Source of the DNA: Giardia intestinalis
Lineage: Eukaryota
Strand: one strand, 5' to 3'
DNA length: 64,000 nucleotides
Assembly: GCA_000002435.2 (NCBI GenBank)
Contig: CM018790.1
In this document: positions 10,157 through 20,484 of the stretch, one piece after another
How the letters are laid out: the number at the start of each line of letters is the position of its first letter
Numbering within the stretch: the first letter of the stretch is position 1
Program-made: the position numbers and the translations under genes
Notes under the pieces: model-generated
What the model saw: the letters and a program-made list of their open reading frames with translations, nothing else
What the model was told of the DNA's origin: nothing
Database searches by the model: none

Positions 10157-12409
10157 ATGGCGAAGCTCCCGGACAGATACTTTGAGATTGGGAAAATCGC
10201 AACAGGAGGATTCGCAACAATCTACCGAGCCGTAGATCTGGAGACAGGCTTGGTCGTAGCTCTCAAGGATACCATATATAATTGCTCGTCCAGGTCTGCG
10301 ACGAAAGCGATGCGTCGGGAAATCGCAATCTTGCGGAATATTCAACACTGCAATATTGTAAGGTGCTATGATATCCAAAGAGCCACTGAAGAGTCTAGAT
10401 ATTTCATTTCTATGGAGCTTTGTAATTGCGATTTACATGACTTCATTCGGGCCTTTCGTCATAAGAGGCGACGCATTCCCGAAGCTACAGTGCTCACGAT
10501 GATCAAGGATATTGCATCCGCATTAGCATTTCTCCATAATCCCATTAATTTTACGACTATCGATTCGCTCGACGCCGACGAAGACTCTATACGGGTCATA
10601 ATCCACAGGGACGTGAAGCCTGGGAATATAATGTTGGCAAATGACGGCTTCTTCAAGCTTTGTGACTTCAACTTGGCACGAGAAATCAACACGGTTACTG
10701 GGGCTATGTCTAACACCGGTACCATTGCGTACATGGCGCCTGAGCTTCTTGATGGCAAGAAATATGATGAGAAAGTTGACCTGTGGTCTCTTGGATGCAC
10801 AATTCACGAAATGTGCATGTATTACTCCCCATTTCACAATCAGTCTATAACTCAAGCTTTGAATAATATTATGATGGGCAGATACGACTCTATATGTAAT
10901 TTTTATTCTGAACGTTTACGAAAGCTGGTTCAGATGCTTCTCTCCATCAATCCACTAGACAGACCAAGCGCAGCAGAGCTCTTGGGGCATCCTCTCTTAG
11001 CAGATATCCGTAAAAACCTGGGAGAGCCTTCTCAAGCACGCTCAGATGACGACCGAATGGGAAGACTTGTAAAGAGGGCTGGGCCATCGAACAAATCCAC
11101 TGATTCTGAACACAGGCAGCCCTTCCCGCGGCAATCGGCCCCCGAACATGAGAAGCCTCTTACACCTACAAGGTCTCCGTACATGAAGCAGCTAACGCAA
11201 GTATCCAATGGAAAAGCAGCCCAGCTGCTGAACCTAGAGAAGAAGGTAGAACGTACCCAAACACCAGGACGAGTATTCAAGCAATTAAAGTATCCAATTA
11301 TAATACCTGATAAACATATAGATGAACCTAGGATTGAGGATACTCCGACTGTGCGCGCTAAGACACCAAGCGAGGGCAATCAGGAGCGGGAACAAGAGGA
11401 TACCAAGCAACCTCAACATATTCCTTATACACCTACATATAAGCTAGGATCTGAAACTCAGCATGTTCAAAGTTATCCTACGTTACAACACACATCCAAT
11501 TCTCCACGACGGCAAGGTGTGATAAGTGCAGGGTCAACTGGTGTCACCAAAGTATCGGCTCAACAATACGGTCAGGTAGGTGCACCCGATCTCCATCATC
11601 CTCAATTGCAGGTTGAGGACCGCGGCCAGCACCAACACACCCTTCTGGCGTCTTCTGCGGGACGGAGGTTGTCTGAACATGCCCTTAAGCGCTCCCAATC
11701 GAACCTCCAAACCAAACCGGAGGCACTGCAATCTCCAGTAGAGACAGCATTAATTGTAGCTGCTACCCAAAATAATAAAAAGGGTGTTACTTTGAATTTA
11801 AAGCAGGCGGGCTCGTATAATTCAGCTGGGATGACAGCACTTCATATTGCAGCCCACAACAACTACTACAGCATAATCCCGCTTCTCTTAGAGAAGGAAG
11901 GTAGAATGACCATGATTCGTGCATACAAATACAGGGGGGTTCGCTACCAGGGCTTGACAGCGCTCCATATTGCAGCAATCAATGGCTACGTTGAGTCAGT
12001 GTCAGTTTTGGCAACCACAGAAGCTAAGCAACAGGATGCACTGAACTCGCAAACCGCCCTGATGCTGTGCGCCATTCACAATCACATAGAGTGTGCGCGG
12101 ATTCTTATAGCTTACGAACGAGCCTGTCGCGATGCCAATGGAATGACGGCCCTGATTCACGCTATTGACTCTGAGAACATAGAACATGTGCGGCTACTAG
12201 CTCACTTGGAGAACACTGTCGAAGATACCAATGGTAGAACTCCTTTGACATATGCTGTAGCAAAGGGAAACACCGATATCATACGTGTTTTGCTTCCACT
12301 GCATAATAAGAGCGACGTCAGCAAATCCATTGACACGGTTCGCCAAGCAAAGCTCCTCTCGGACCGGAAACTCGATGAAATTGAGCGTTACATGAGGAAG
12401 TATGTGTAG
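10157..12409 (+). CDS. Ser/Thr protein kinase (NEK-like) with C-terminal ankyrin repeats
   Basis: ATG at 10157. Kinase motifs are a GKIATGGFATIY glycine loop, VVALKD, HRDVKPGNIML, DFNLAR (DFG changed to DFN) and TIAYMAPE. The C-terminus has at least five ankyrin repeats (GMTALHIAAHNN, GLTALHIAAINGYVESV, QTALMLCAIHNHIECARIL, GMTALIHAIDSENIEHVRLL, GRTPLTYAVAKGNTDIIRVLL). Confidence 0.85.
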   Translation: MAKLPDRYFEIGKIATGGFATIYRAVDLETGLVVALKDTIYNCSSRSATKAMRREIAILRNIQHCNIVRCYDIQRATEESRYFISMELCNCDLHDFIRAFRHKRRRIPEATVLTMIKDIASALAFLHNPINFTTIDSLDADEDSIRVIIHRDVKPGNIMLANDGFFKLCDFNLAREINTVTGAMSNTGTIAYMAPELLDGKKYDEKVDLWSLGCTIHEMCMYYSPFHNQSITQALNNIMMGRYDSICNFYSERLRKLVQMLLSINPLDRPSAAELLGHPLLADIRKNLGEPSQARSDDDRMGRLVKRAGPSNKSTDSEHRQPFPRQSAPEHEKPLTPTRSPYMKQLTQVSNGKAAQLLNLEKKVERTQTPGRVFKQLKYPIIIPDKHIDEPRIEDTPTVRAKTPSEGNQEREQEDTKQPQHIPYTPTYKLGSETQHVQSYPTLQHTSNSPRRQGVISAGSTGVTKVSAQQYGQVGAPDLHHPQLQVEDRGQHQHTLLASSAGRRLSEHALKRSQSNLQTKPEALQSPVETALIVAATQNNKKGVTLNLKQAGSYNSAGMTALHIAAHNNYYSIIPLLLEKEGRMTMIRAYKYRGVRYQGLTALHIAAINGYVESVSVLATTEAKQQDALNSQTALMLCAIHNHIECARILIAYERACRDANGMTALIHAIDSENIEHVRLLAHLENTVEDTNGRTPLTYAVAKGNTDIIRVLLPLHNKSDVSKSIDTVRQAKLLSDRKLDEIERYMRKYV

Positions 12410-12446
12410 ATCGCAGTTTACACGAACAACCAAGTGACAAATTACA

Positions 12447-15400
12447 TCATTGGATATTCAGGCTTGATAGTCTGGGATCACGTCTTAACCTATTTTCTAG
12501 CTCTGCAAAGCGCTTAATCGAGTCTTCCTCGTGCTTTCTGCTACGCATCTCTAGTATATCAATCCTAAAGACGCATTCTCGTATTTCGTTGAGGAGTGCA
12601 TCTCTATCTTCCTGGGATATCTGGTCTGACGATTTGTTGTAGACGGCTCGGCGACGCTTCAAGTGCTCTGCTTCTGCCTCCATTCGAGAAGAGATGATGC
12701 TGGCGCGTTCAACGAGGCGTGTTCTCAGTGCGTCTAGGGCGGCACCCCGGGTGATCATGGCGATATTCTGTGGCAGCGGTTCGGTAAGGCTCCAACCTTT
12801 ATACTCGTCTGGGAGATAGATGTACAAGTAGTCCGTATTGGTCGTCTCTTCTTCTTCGTGGGCTTTAATAGTGGTTTGAAACTCAAAGCGGTCCTGGGTT
12901 CCCTGAAGCTTTAGTGCGTGCCTAGCTATCTCCAAATCACGTGGAGAAAATTTCAGTCCAAGCCTGTTCCCTGACTTAAGGGTCTGACAAACAGTTATAT
13001 TGGCCGACTGGTCGACGCTGTTTCCGGCAGGCAGAAACTCACTCTCTGGTAACTTTGTTTCGGATTTGCATTCGATGGCGTGGAAGAGCTCCAACAGGAA
13101 TATATAGTCAAGCTTCATATTGGAAATGGTCCACTTCTCCCGCGACGATACCTGTGTGTATTCATCGCTGATATTTGCAACGGTCTTCTGCTGGTTCTTG
13201 GCAACTGCGGAAGAGTCAATGGTCCCGAGCTCCTTAGTTATCAAAGTGATACTCTTTCCTAAGTTAGCAATGTCCTGGCGTGCTACTGCTGTGCGTATAC
13301 TTTCTGCGGTGTAGGAGTCAGAGGCAGACAGATCTGCCATCATAAGAGATGCCTCTCCGGACTGCTTGTTAAATATCCTCTTCTCAGACATCAAATGTGG
13401 GCGCGTCATAGACTCCACAACCTCAATGTAATTATTCAACAGGTCGTATCGAATATGGTCATACGAAACAGCGCGCTTCATGACTACGCCGACGTTCCGT
13501 ACAGCAGAAGTCGTGGTATCGAAATGCGGTAGGATGGGTAGCTCTCTGGACTTAAGTAAATTGACATAGTTTAGGTAATTGAAGATCCCGGGGCTCGGGT
13601 CGTATAACTTGGGCATGTGCTTGATGTAGAAGGAGGGCGCTGTCTTCGAAAGCTCATTGTCAGTGATAAGAGCAAGATTATACGTGGGATAGAGAGCGGC
13701 AACCCCGGCAGGAACATTCGACGTGTTCTTTGTATTCATGAGAGCATAGACATCTCCAAGTAGCTCCTTGAGAGACCCAGATTTATTAGCCGATGGTGTA
13801 TCTGCTGCTGTTCGACTGAGAAGGCTCATATTCAATCCACGAGAACGGCCTGTCCTCTTTTCAGACCCTTGGAGCCAGAAGCCAGGCCCCCCTTCTCGGT
13901 GCTTATGAGTGTCAGCATCAGGAACACGCTCTGTATCTGCAGCGTTATCGTCTAAGTCATCGGGGTTATCGTCTGCGCTTTTCTTGGCGTCAGCCGCCTT
14001 TAGTATCTCGGGACTGAGGTGATAGGCCATCTCTAAGAGTGCCTCGTGGCGCGAAAGCAAGGAAGTCACTCCACAGTTCAAGTCATACTCAGAGGAATAA
14101 TAGGAACCAACGTCATGAGAAAAGAGAAGCCGCTGAGATTGGAATGATCTATATGCTGCACGTGATAAGTTTGCTTCAAACTCTTCAAATAAATCAAGAT
14201 TCGTAAGCGCATCCTCATTCTCAAGTACCGAGAGGCTTAAGGGATCTGATGGGCCCATGCTGGTCTGAGACTTTCCTGATTTTTCGCCCATTGAGGCCTG
14301 CGACGTACTGCGGTTTTGAGCCGTAGATTGATCGTCTACTACTTCGGTTGTTTCTAATGTCGTGTTATCGCCAGAACGAATAACAGTTGAGTCACGCTCT
14401 TGGTTGCTTACTGTCATAGAGGTACCATCATTGATTGTTGCATCACTAATGCTCGGAGCACTTGCCTGGGTCTTGTAGTCCGTCAGCAGCTGCTTGGTTT
14501 CGGCTTCTAGAATCTTGTCCTTACTGAAAATAAGCTTTCTTCGACGTCTACGCATATATCTATCGATAGAAGCTAGATTGGCAAACCTTTCAACAACCTT
14601 GCAACCTGAAACAGAGCACCTTTGGAACGTGTTAGTGTTAGGCAGGATTTCGAAAGAATCAAAAAGGATGGTATTGATGCTAAGAACCTTACTTTGTGGT
14701 GCAGATCTCTGGCCTCCTGCTACATTCTTGGCTGATGCCTGGCGCGAGGATACAGACGCTAGAGATGGGTCTGTGGATGTTGACGCAGATACTAACTCAT
14801 ATGCAATAACCTTGGTGCTCAGTCCATCTTCACGCAAGCAATCGTAGTAGCGTAGCTCGATGCTTCTGCCAATTAGGTGCTCTATAAACCCGCAGCTATC
14901 TTCTCTCCCAGGATAGAACCACAGCTTACGGGTCCGTACCTCCCCACTGATGTTTAGCACATGCTGCTTTAGGTAATCAGACCTTCCATAGTTAAAGAAC
15001 TGCTTTTGGAATGTCAACAGAAGAGGCAATTCGAAGGTAAATTCCTCTGGCATTTGGGTATCTCCGTCTTGCATGCTCTGGAATCCATGCGAGTCTGCCT
15101 CATCGAAGCCCTCAATGACCTCATTTGCATCTTCTACTGTGCCGCTGTCTGTGTCCCCCTTGCTGTGTCTAGTTCCGTGGACTGCACTCACTTTTCTCGA
15201 TGCCAAGCGACTGCCGACAGACACAGACGTTCGTCCATCACCTGAGTCGTGCTCTCTCATGGAAAGGTTACTGTCAATGACAGTCTTCTTTAACAGCGAG
15301 TCATCTACATCCAACGCCTCCCCTTGATCGATCTCTATAGGAGAAATCTCCTTCTTAACACGCCTGGTGAAGCAGGTAAACGAGGACTTAAAGGCCGTGT

Positions 15401-18038
15401 GGGCTGTCTTCTCATCAAGATCAGGATCACCCATTTCGTCTAACTCTTCTCCCAAATAGCACCAGATGGGAAACTCCTTGACGCCATCTATGTACGTTCT
15501 ATAGTATGTATCTAAGAGGGTTAGTGTCTCTCCTCCGTCATTGAAGCGGGTAAAGTAATCATAAACCTCAGGATTTGATAGATCAATCTTCACGTCGTCA
15601 TGATTGATTTCATATTGGCACGTTCGTAAAGAAAGCTTGTCGTGCCTGTCACTAAAGAGCTGAATGCGAAGAAGACGCCACGCTACAACCCGTTTGTCTA
15701 TAACGTCCATGTCTTCATCGGCAGAAATCATATACACTGGCCTGGGACGACAAACAATTGAGGCTATGCACCCACTACGCAGATTGAATCTAGGATACAA
15801 CCGGAGGAAGCAATCTGAATAGAGCGTGGCTCTTTCTGCTATGACCTTGTCACATGTCCCCAGGGCAACCAACTCCCTGGGACTGGCAACTCGCCGAGGA
15901 TATTGCCAAGCAAGACGCAGTTCGGAAAGACTAGTGGCCACACTCCACGGAGCAGGCAAGGACGACAAGAGGATCTCTATTGGTTCTACGGAATCCCACC
16001 TCTTTAAATACTTTTTAGCCTGCTCTCCTATCCCGAACATAGCATACTGCGCCTTGAGAGCCTCTAATCTGTTGTTTTCCTTTTCCACATTGGCCTCCTT
16101 GGCCCACCGCGTTGTATCAAAGCCCTGTTCTACCACCTTCTGCTGATGAATCTCTGCTTCACGCTCACGTTTGAGCTGATTTTGCCTGTCTTGAATAGCT
16201 CTTGGTAACTTGATCCCTGCCTCAAGCCTTTGGCGTGCGCCCTTGACGCCAAGCTGAGAGAGAAAGCGCTGGTTTCCACCTGCCTGCTTCACAATTTGAT
16301 CTGTGACCCCATTTTTGTTTAAATAGGCAAGTTGGCGGGCGCGCAGGTCAACCAACTCTTGGGTCATTAAGCAGATGCACCAGTTATCAATGTTATAAAA
16401 GTCAAAAGAGCAGTAATCGTTGGAGAGCTCACGCTTGTCCACTTGTAGATTAACGAAATAATTGTTCTGGTTAAAGACTGCTTCGATGAACCGAAATAGC
16501 GGGCAGTTCATGGTGTAGAACGAACCCGATGCAGGGTCAATGAAAAAGCCTGACTTCGTGGTCGAAGGGGTTTTGGCTTGGGCTATGATACTATTTATGT
16601 CTTCCTCCACATAATGCTTTTCTGTGACACCGGCATTGGTGCTACCCATCTGTAAGTCTTCAGTCGGGGCGACGTACACCCACGAATACACGCGTTGTCC
16701 ATGAAGCGGATCCGCTGTTAGCTCTTGTATTCGGAGCTTATTTTCTTGCCTAATAGAGTTGAGAGCACGGTCCTGTTCTTGCTTCTGCTGTATTCCCGCT
16801 TTTCCTGGGACAAGTACATCTTTTAGAAGATCGGCCGAACGCAGGCTGTCTATGATAAGAGATTCTATCTCTTTTTCTGAGGCACCAATGAGAGCAAGCT
16901 TATTTCGGAATCGTGTACGTTCATCAAACGCTGACGGTCGAATAAGATTTTTCGGTTTTAGATACTTATTTTTGAACAATCCGCCAATCAGCACATTCTC
17001 ATGTGGTATCTCCCTGTTGAATTCCTTCTCCTTTTTCCTATCGGCCCCTCTACCCTCCAGGACATTTGTCAGGGTATCTTCGAACGGCTCTTTGTCTGTT
17101 TCCGTTTCGGGGGCCACGATGAGAGAGCAGCCATTTGTGGTGGGATTCATAGAGATATTCTCTGCACCACCGGACATAACATAACGGCATCCACTGATAG
17201 ATTTAGTTTCTATGTCCGCAGGTGTTGAGAGTAACTTGTATGCACCGGATAAACCCCAGGGGTTCTTGACAGTGGCCCCTCCACTGATATCAACAGTGAT
17301 TGCTGCCCGCTCATTTTGACACTCCTGAACACCGCACCTAAGGAATACATTTTCGATGTCTTTCGAGGGGGAGTGAAGGCGCTTCAGAAGACCTCCCTCT
17401 GACGTGAAGTCCTGCTTATCTATGTGCGTATCATTAACCTCTCTACAGTAGCGTGCATCCACCTTATAAATTCCCAGTGGACGCTTTGAAAAGGCGGCTT
17501 CAGATGAAAATGACTGGACAGTATAGGTCGCATAGAGATTCAAGGGCTCACAACTTTCTGCCACTTGAAGATGAGTCTGCTGTTCTGTTAGCATTTTGTC
17601 TGCGTAGCCAATACAAACATAGGCATTGTATCCCGCCCCAATAAGAAGAGAGGCTAACAATATGGATAGATCGAAGCAGTCTCCTGTTTGCCATTCCAGG
17701 GTTGTTTGAGGAGATACTATGTAATCTGGGGGAAGATGAGGGTGCTCCAAAGGTTCGTAATTGATAGAATTTGCGACAAATTTGGCCAAGAAACCGGCAT
17801 CGCAAAGAGCAGGATCGGCCAAAATTGCCGGCCTGAGAGTAGTTGGAAGAAACTTCCGCACCCCACACTCATTGTGTGGCGCCAAGAGCAGCTGTTTTCT
17901 TGAAGGATTAAGAGTTAAAAATGTCGTTTCAAAATTGGCTATATAGTTCAGTAAGAGTTCTTCTCTGGCTGACACAGACGTGTATGATGAGGGAAGATCT
18001 GCTTTATTGACAGAAAAGATGCGATCAAGCTTATTCAT
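12447..18038 (-). CDS. Very large protein (about 1863 aa) with an N-terminal transglutaminase-like (TGc) domain; possibly axonemal DRC7/CCDC135-like
   Basis: The track start at 18110 is TTG. The first in-frame ATG is at 18038 (HLWMNKLD). The motif GDCFDLSILLASLLIGAGYNAYVCIGY matches the transglutaminase-like core pattern G-C...(R)-G-(PA)-V-GY. The rest is coiled-coil and low complexity. Confidence 0.65.
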   Translation of the reverse strand: MNKLDRIFSVNKADLPSSYTSVSAREELLLNYIANFETTFLTLNPSRKQLLLAPHNECGVRKFLPTTLRPAILADPALCDAGFLAKFVANSINYEPLEHPHLPPDYIVSPQTTLEWQTGDCFDLSILLASLLIGAGYNAYVCIGYADKMLTEQQTHLQVAESCEPLNLYATYTVQSFSSEAAFSKRPLGIYKVDARYCREVNDTHIDKQDFTSEGGLLKRLHSPSKDIENVFLRCGVQECQNERAAITVDISGGATVKNPWGLSGAYKLLSTPADIETKSISGCRYVMSGGAENISMNPTTNGCSLIVAPETETDKEPFEDTLTNVLEGRGADRKKEKEFNREIPHENVLIGGLFKNKYLKPKNLIRPSAFDERTRFRNKLALIGASEKEIESLIIDSLRSADLLKDVLVPGKAGIQQKQEQDRALNSIRQENKLRIQELTADPLHGQRVYSWVYVAPTEDLQMGSTNAGVTEKHYVEEDINSIIAQAKTPSTTKSGFFIDPASGSFYTMNCPLFRFIEAVFNQNNYFVNLQVDKRELSNDYCSFDFYNIDNWCICLMTQELVDLRARQLAYLNKNGVTDQIVKQAGGNQRFLSQLGVKGARQRLEAGIKLPRAIQDRQNQLKREREAEIHQQKVVEQGFDTTRWAKEANVEKENNRLEALKAQYAMFGIGEQAKKYLKRWDSVEPIEILLSSLPAPWSVATSLSELRLAWQYPRRVASPRELVALGTCDKVIAERATLYSDCFLRLYPRFNLRSGCIASIVCRPRPVYMISADEDMDVIDKRVVAWRLLRIQLFSDRHDKLSLRTCQYEINHDDVKIDLSNPEVYDYFTRFNDGGETLTLLDTYYRTYIDGVKEFPIWCYLGEELDEMGDPDLDEKTAHTAFKSSFTCFTRRVKKEISPIEIDQGEALDVDDSLLKKTVIDSNLSMREHDSGDGRTSVSVGSRLASRKVSAVHGTRHSKGDTDSGTVEDANEVIEGFDEADSHGFQSMQDGDTQMPEEFTFELPLLLTFQKQFFNYGRSDYLKQHVLNISGEVRTRKLWFYPGREDSCGFIEHLIGRSIELRYYDCLREDGLSTKVIAYELVSASTSTDPSLASVSSRQASAKNVAGGQRSAPQSKVLSINTILFDSFEILPNTNTFQRCSVSGCKVVERFANLASIDRYMRRRRRKLIFSKDKILEAETKQLLTDYKTQASAPSISDATINDGTSMTVSNQERDSTVIRSGDNTTLETTEVVDDQSTAQNRSTSQASMGEKSGKSQTSMGPSDPLSLSVLENEDALTNLDLFEEFEANLSRAAYRSFQSQRLLFSHDVGSYYSSEYDLNCGVTSLLSRHEALLEMAYHLSPEILKAADAKKSADDNPDDLDDNAADTERVPDADTHKHREGGPGFWLQGSEKRTGRSRGLNMSLLSRTAADTPSANKSGSLKELLGDVYALMNTKNTSNVPAGVAALYPTYNLALITDNELSKTAPSFYIKHMPKLYDPSPGIFNYLNYVNLLKSRELPILPHFDTTTSAVRNVGVVMKRAVSYDHIRYDLLNNYIEVVESMTRPHLMSEKRIFNKQSGEASLMMADLSASDSYTAESIRTAVARQDIANLGKSITLITKELGTIDSSAVAKNQQKTVANISDEYTQVSSREKWTISNMKLDYIFLLELFHAIECKSETKLPESEFLPAGNSVDQSANITVCQTLKSGNRLGLKFSPRDLEIARHALKLQGTQDRFEFQTTIKAHEEEETTNTDYLYIYLPDEYKGWSLTEPLPQNIAMITRGAALDALRTRLVERASIISSRMEAEAEHLKRRRAVYNKSSDQISQEDRDALLNEIRECVFRIDILEMRSRKHEEDSIKRFAELENRLRRDPRLSSLNIQ

Positions 18039-18528
18039 CCACAAATGGGAGCCGGAGTTTTTTACTTGGAAGGATTTGCTTTGTTTTGGTGAGGGGCCAT
18101 CTTTTCTCAACGGGATAATCTATCATGTGTGAAGCAGTCGTATTCAGTGGTAGGACCTGATGCTGAGTATAGGCCAATTTTATCGGGGAGTCAATCCCCT
18201 GCTATCACTTGCATCCATAAGACAACTTAGCCTCATTAGCTTTACAGCACTCAATACCAGACGCTATCTTGCAGATGGAACAATTATCAACAGAGTTATG
18301 TTCTGTTTTGGAGTTATAAGCAGGAGTGCAATCCTCGTAATACTAGTAGTGAACTGGTGTAAGAGAGGATTATTAGTTCAGACTGCATCAGGTCTAGCTT
18401 GTTGATAGAGCACCGTGGCTGACCTCTTGGATCTTCTAGGCGCCAATGATTTCGCTGCAATCCAAAAAGACTCGACTCCCAAGCCCCGCCTTCCGGCCAC
18501 TGAAACAGTGGGCGTGGCACGTAAGCGC

Positions 18529-18535
18529 GTTTACT
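18529..18535 (-). promoter_or_regulatory. Putative poly(A) signal AGTAAAC downstream of the VSP stop
   Basis: AGTRAAY-type motif 20 nt 3' of the VSP stop codon on the minus strand (established Giardia polyadenylation consensus). Confidence 0.45.
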
Positions 18536-18554
18536 ACCTAAGTCATATTTAAAT

Positions 18555-19814
18555 CTATGCCTTTCCGCGGCAGAGGAACCACCAGCAGAGGAAGCCGACA
18601 AGCCCTCCGACGACAACGATCACGGCGACGGAGATACCCGCGATGGCGCCAGTGGAGAGCCCGCTCCTGTTCGTGCTTCCGCCGGTACTGTCACCGTTCT
18701 TGAGGTAGCAGAGGACGGAGCCTTGATTATTAGATGGAGGAGCGCAGCTCATGCAGCCAGCAACTCCCTTGACACTTCCACTGTCACTTTCACATGATGT
18801 GCATGTCCCAGGATCTAATCCAACCATGTAGTACCCAGTTGCACACGTTGTACAAGCATTTGCAGAATTAGCATCACGACATGTCTTGCAGGTCGAATGA
18901 CACGAGGGGCATGCTCCATTATTAGGCTGAAGACTATTGGCGCACGTCTGACATCCACCATTGCTATCAGCTAGTGTGCATATCTGCTCACCGGGCTGTC
19001 TGCCGAGTTTATAGCAGCCTCCATCTTGAAGGAAATGATCTGCAGCACACTGAGTGCATACGCCACCTGCTGCGTTCGTGCAGAATGAATTCCTTGTTAC
19101 TGAATTAGCGCACACGCCATTCTGAGGTGCCCACTTATCTTCCTTGCATTTTGAACAGTACTTCGTACCGCCGATTACCGCTCCACACTCTGCACACCCG
19201 TCCACCTCTGCTTTGCACTCATCTACACAAGATCCACCTTGATTAGGATCATCATTGGTGTATTTTAGCATTTTCCCGGGAGGACAAGCTGTGCACTTCG
19301 CTGGTCCCTTTGTGGTGCACCCAGCACAGCTAGGATCACAAGGCTCGCACTCTTTGTCTCCGTTGTAGTAGCTTCCTATTGCTCCGCAGCTCTGCGTGCA
19401 CTGCTTTGTCGGGGTGAGGTAGTTGCCATCATTACATTCGGTGCAGATTTCGTTGTCTGTTTTGGGGTTGTCACATGCCTTGCAGTTGGGAGTATTGCAC
19501 TGCGTGTTAGAGGCCTTCTCGCACGCGGTCTTCCCATTGTTCAGGCTGAATCCCGGGTTGCACACGCAGACGTTCTGGTCGTTGGCTGCAGAGTTCTGGG
19601 GGCAAGTGGCGTCGCAGCTTACTCCATTGAGCTGCACCTTCTTTCCGCCGCCGCAGGTGAGGCACGTCTGGTCCTGGCCCACACCAGTGCAGGTCTCGCA
19701 GCCCGCCTGGGTCAGTCTTTCTTCGCATGCCGTGTTAGAGGCCTTCTCGCAGCCGTTCTTTCCGTTGTGCTTTGCCAGCACGGTTGCACAAACTAGGAGA
19801 AATCCTACCAACAT
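18555..19814 (-). CDS. Variant-specific surface protein (VSP), 419 aa
   Basis: ATG start. N-terminal signal MLVGFLLVCATVLA. Many CXXC motifs. GGCY motif (FLQDGGCYKLG). C-terminal TM GAIAGISVAVIVVVGGLVGFLCWWFL followed by the invariant CRGKA* tail. Confidence 0.92.
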   Translation of the reverse strand: MLVGFLLVCATVLAKHNGKNGCEKASNTACEERLTQAGCETCTGVGQDQTCLTCGGGKKVQLNGVSCDATCPQNSAANDQNVCVCNPGFSLNNGKTACEKASNTQCNTPNCKACDNPKTDNEICTECNDGNYLTPTKQCTQSCGAIGSYYNGDKECEPCDPSCAGCTTKGPAKCTACPPGKMLKYTNDDPNQGGSCVDECKAEVDGCAECGAVIGGTKYCSKCKEDKWAPQNGVCANSVTRNSFCTNAAGGVCTQCAADHFLQDGGCYKLGRQPGEQICTLADSNGGCQTCANSLQPNNGACPSCHSTCKTCRDANSANACTTCATGYYMVGLDPGTCTSCESDSGSVKGVAGCMSCAPPSNNQGSVLCYLKNGDSTGGSTNRSGLSTGAIAGISVAVIVVVGGLVGFLCWWFLCRGKA

Positions 19815-20484
19815 TAGCCGGGTTCGTGTGCCACTGCTCTTCCATCAGGCTGGTGTGTTGCCGCGAGCAGTGAGAGACAGCCGCTCTTGCTCTCTTGATC
19901 AGTTGGACCGGAGAAGGACGAGATAGGAGCACACCAACCAGAGGCCAGCTGATAGTGTAGTTCTCTCTGACTTCCATAGGAACAGGACCAGTGAGGGCCA
20001 GACTCAGACCGCACCTCTCTTGTGGAGTGATTGCTCGGGGCGCACTCCTGTACATTGCTGTCACTGTATCACTGACCCCGCCTGCAGGTGCGCTCAGAGG
20101 TCTCATGGGTAAGCTGCGCCCACTTCTCGACCGTCCGGAGACGATGGCTGGTTGTGGATAACATGACGAGAGTTCTCCCTAGTGATGCATCCAGAGCTCA
20201 GTGTGGTCCCTGATCGGCATACTCTGTCTGGGGCACTCCGCGTCGGCCTCCAGGATCCGGCCTGCTTAAGGCCATACAAGCCGTTAGTATGCCTCTCCTT
20301 GGCCTGCCATCGACAGCTCACACTGGGCGCCTTGCTCGGGTAGTAGCCAAGGCCACTCCAAAGGATGGCTCCGGATTGCAGTTAAAATCAGCTGCGGCTG
20401 TTGACTCCACTCCCTGTCCCAGCCACCGCAGAGGGCGCCCTAGGAGTTGCTAGTAACAGTGCAGTTAGCGGCTTTGCAGAGCCG

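Noticed and set aside
9467-10378. Track ORF overlapping the kinase start in antisense as a 303-aa gene
   Set aside because: It would overlap 222 bp of a well-supported kinase N-terminus on the opposite strand. It was trimmed to the internal ATG (10123) and kept only as a low-confidence hypothetical.
19815-20484. Possible small genes or ncRNA in the 670-bp divergent spacer between the VSP and the NEK pseudogene
   Set aside because: It contains only short overlapping GC-biased ORFs with no motif. It is more likely VSP upstream sequence plus decayed 5' region of the pseudogene.
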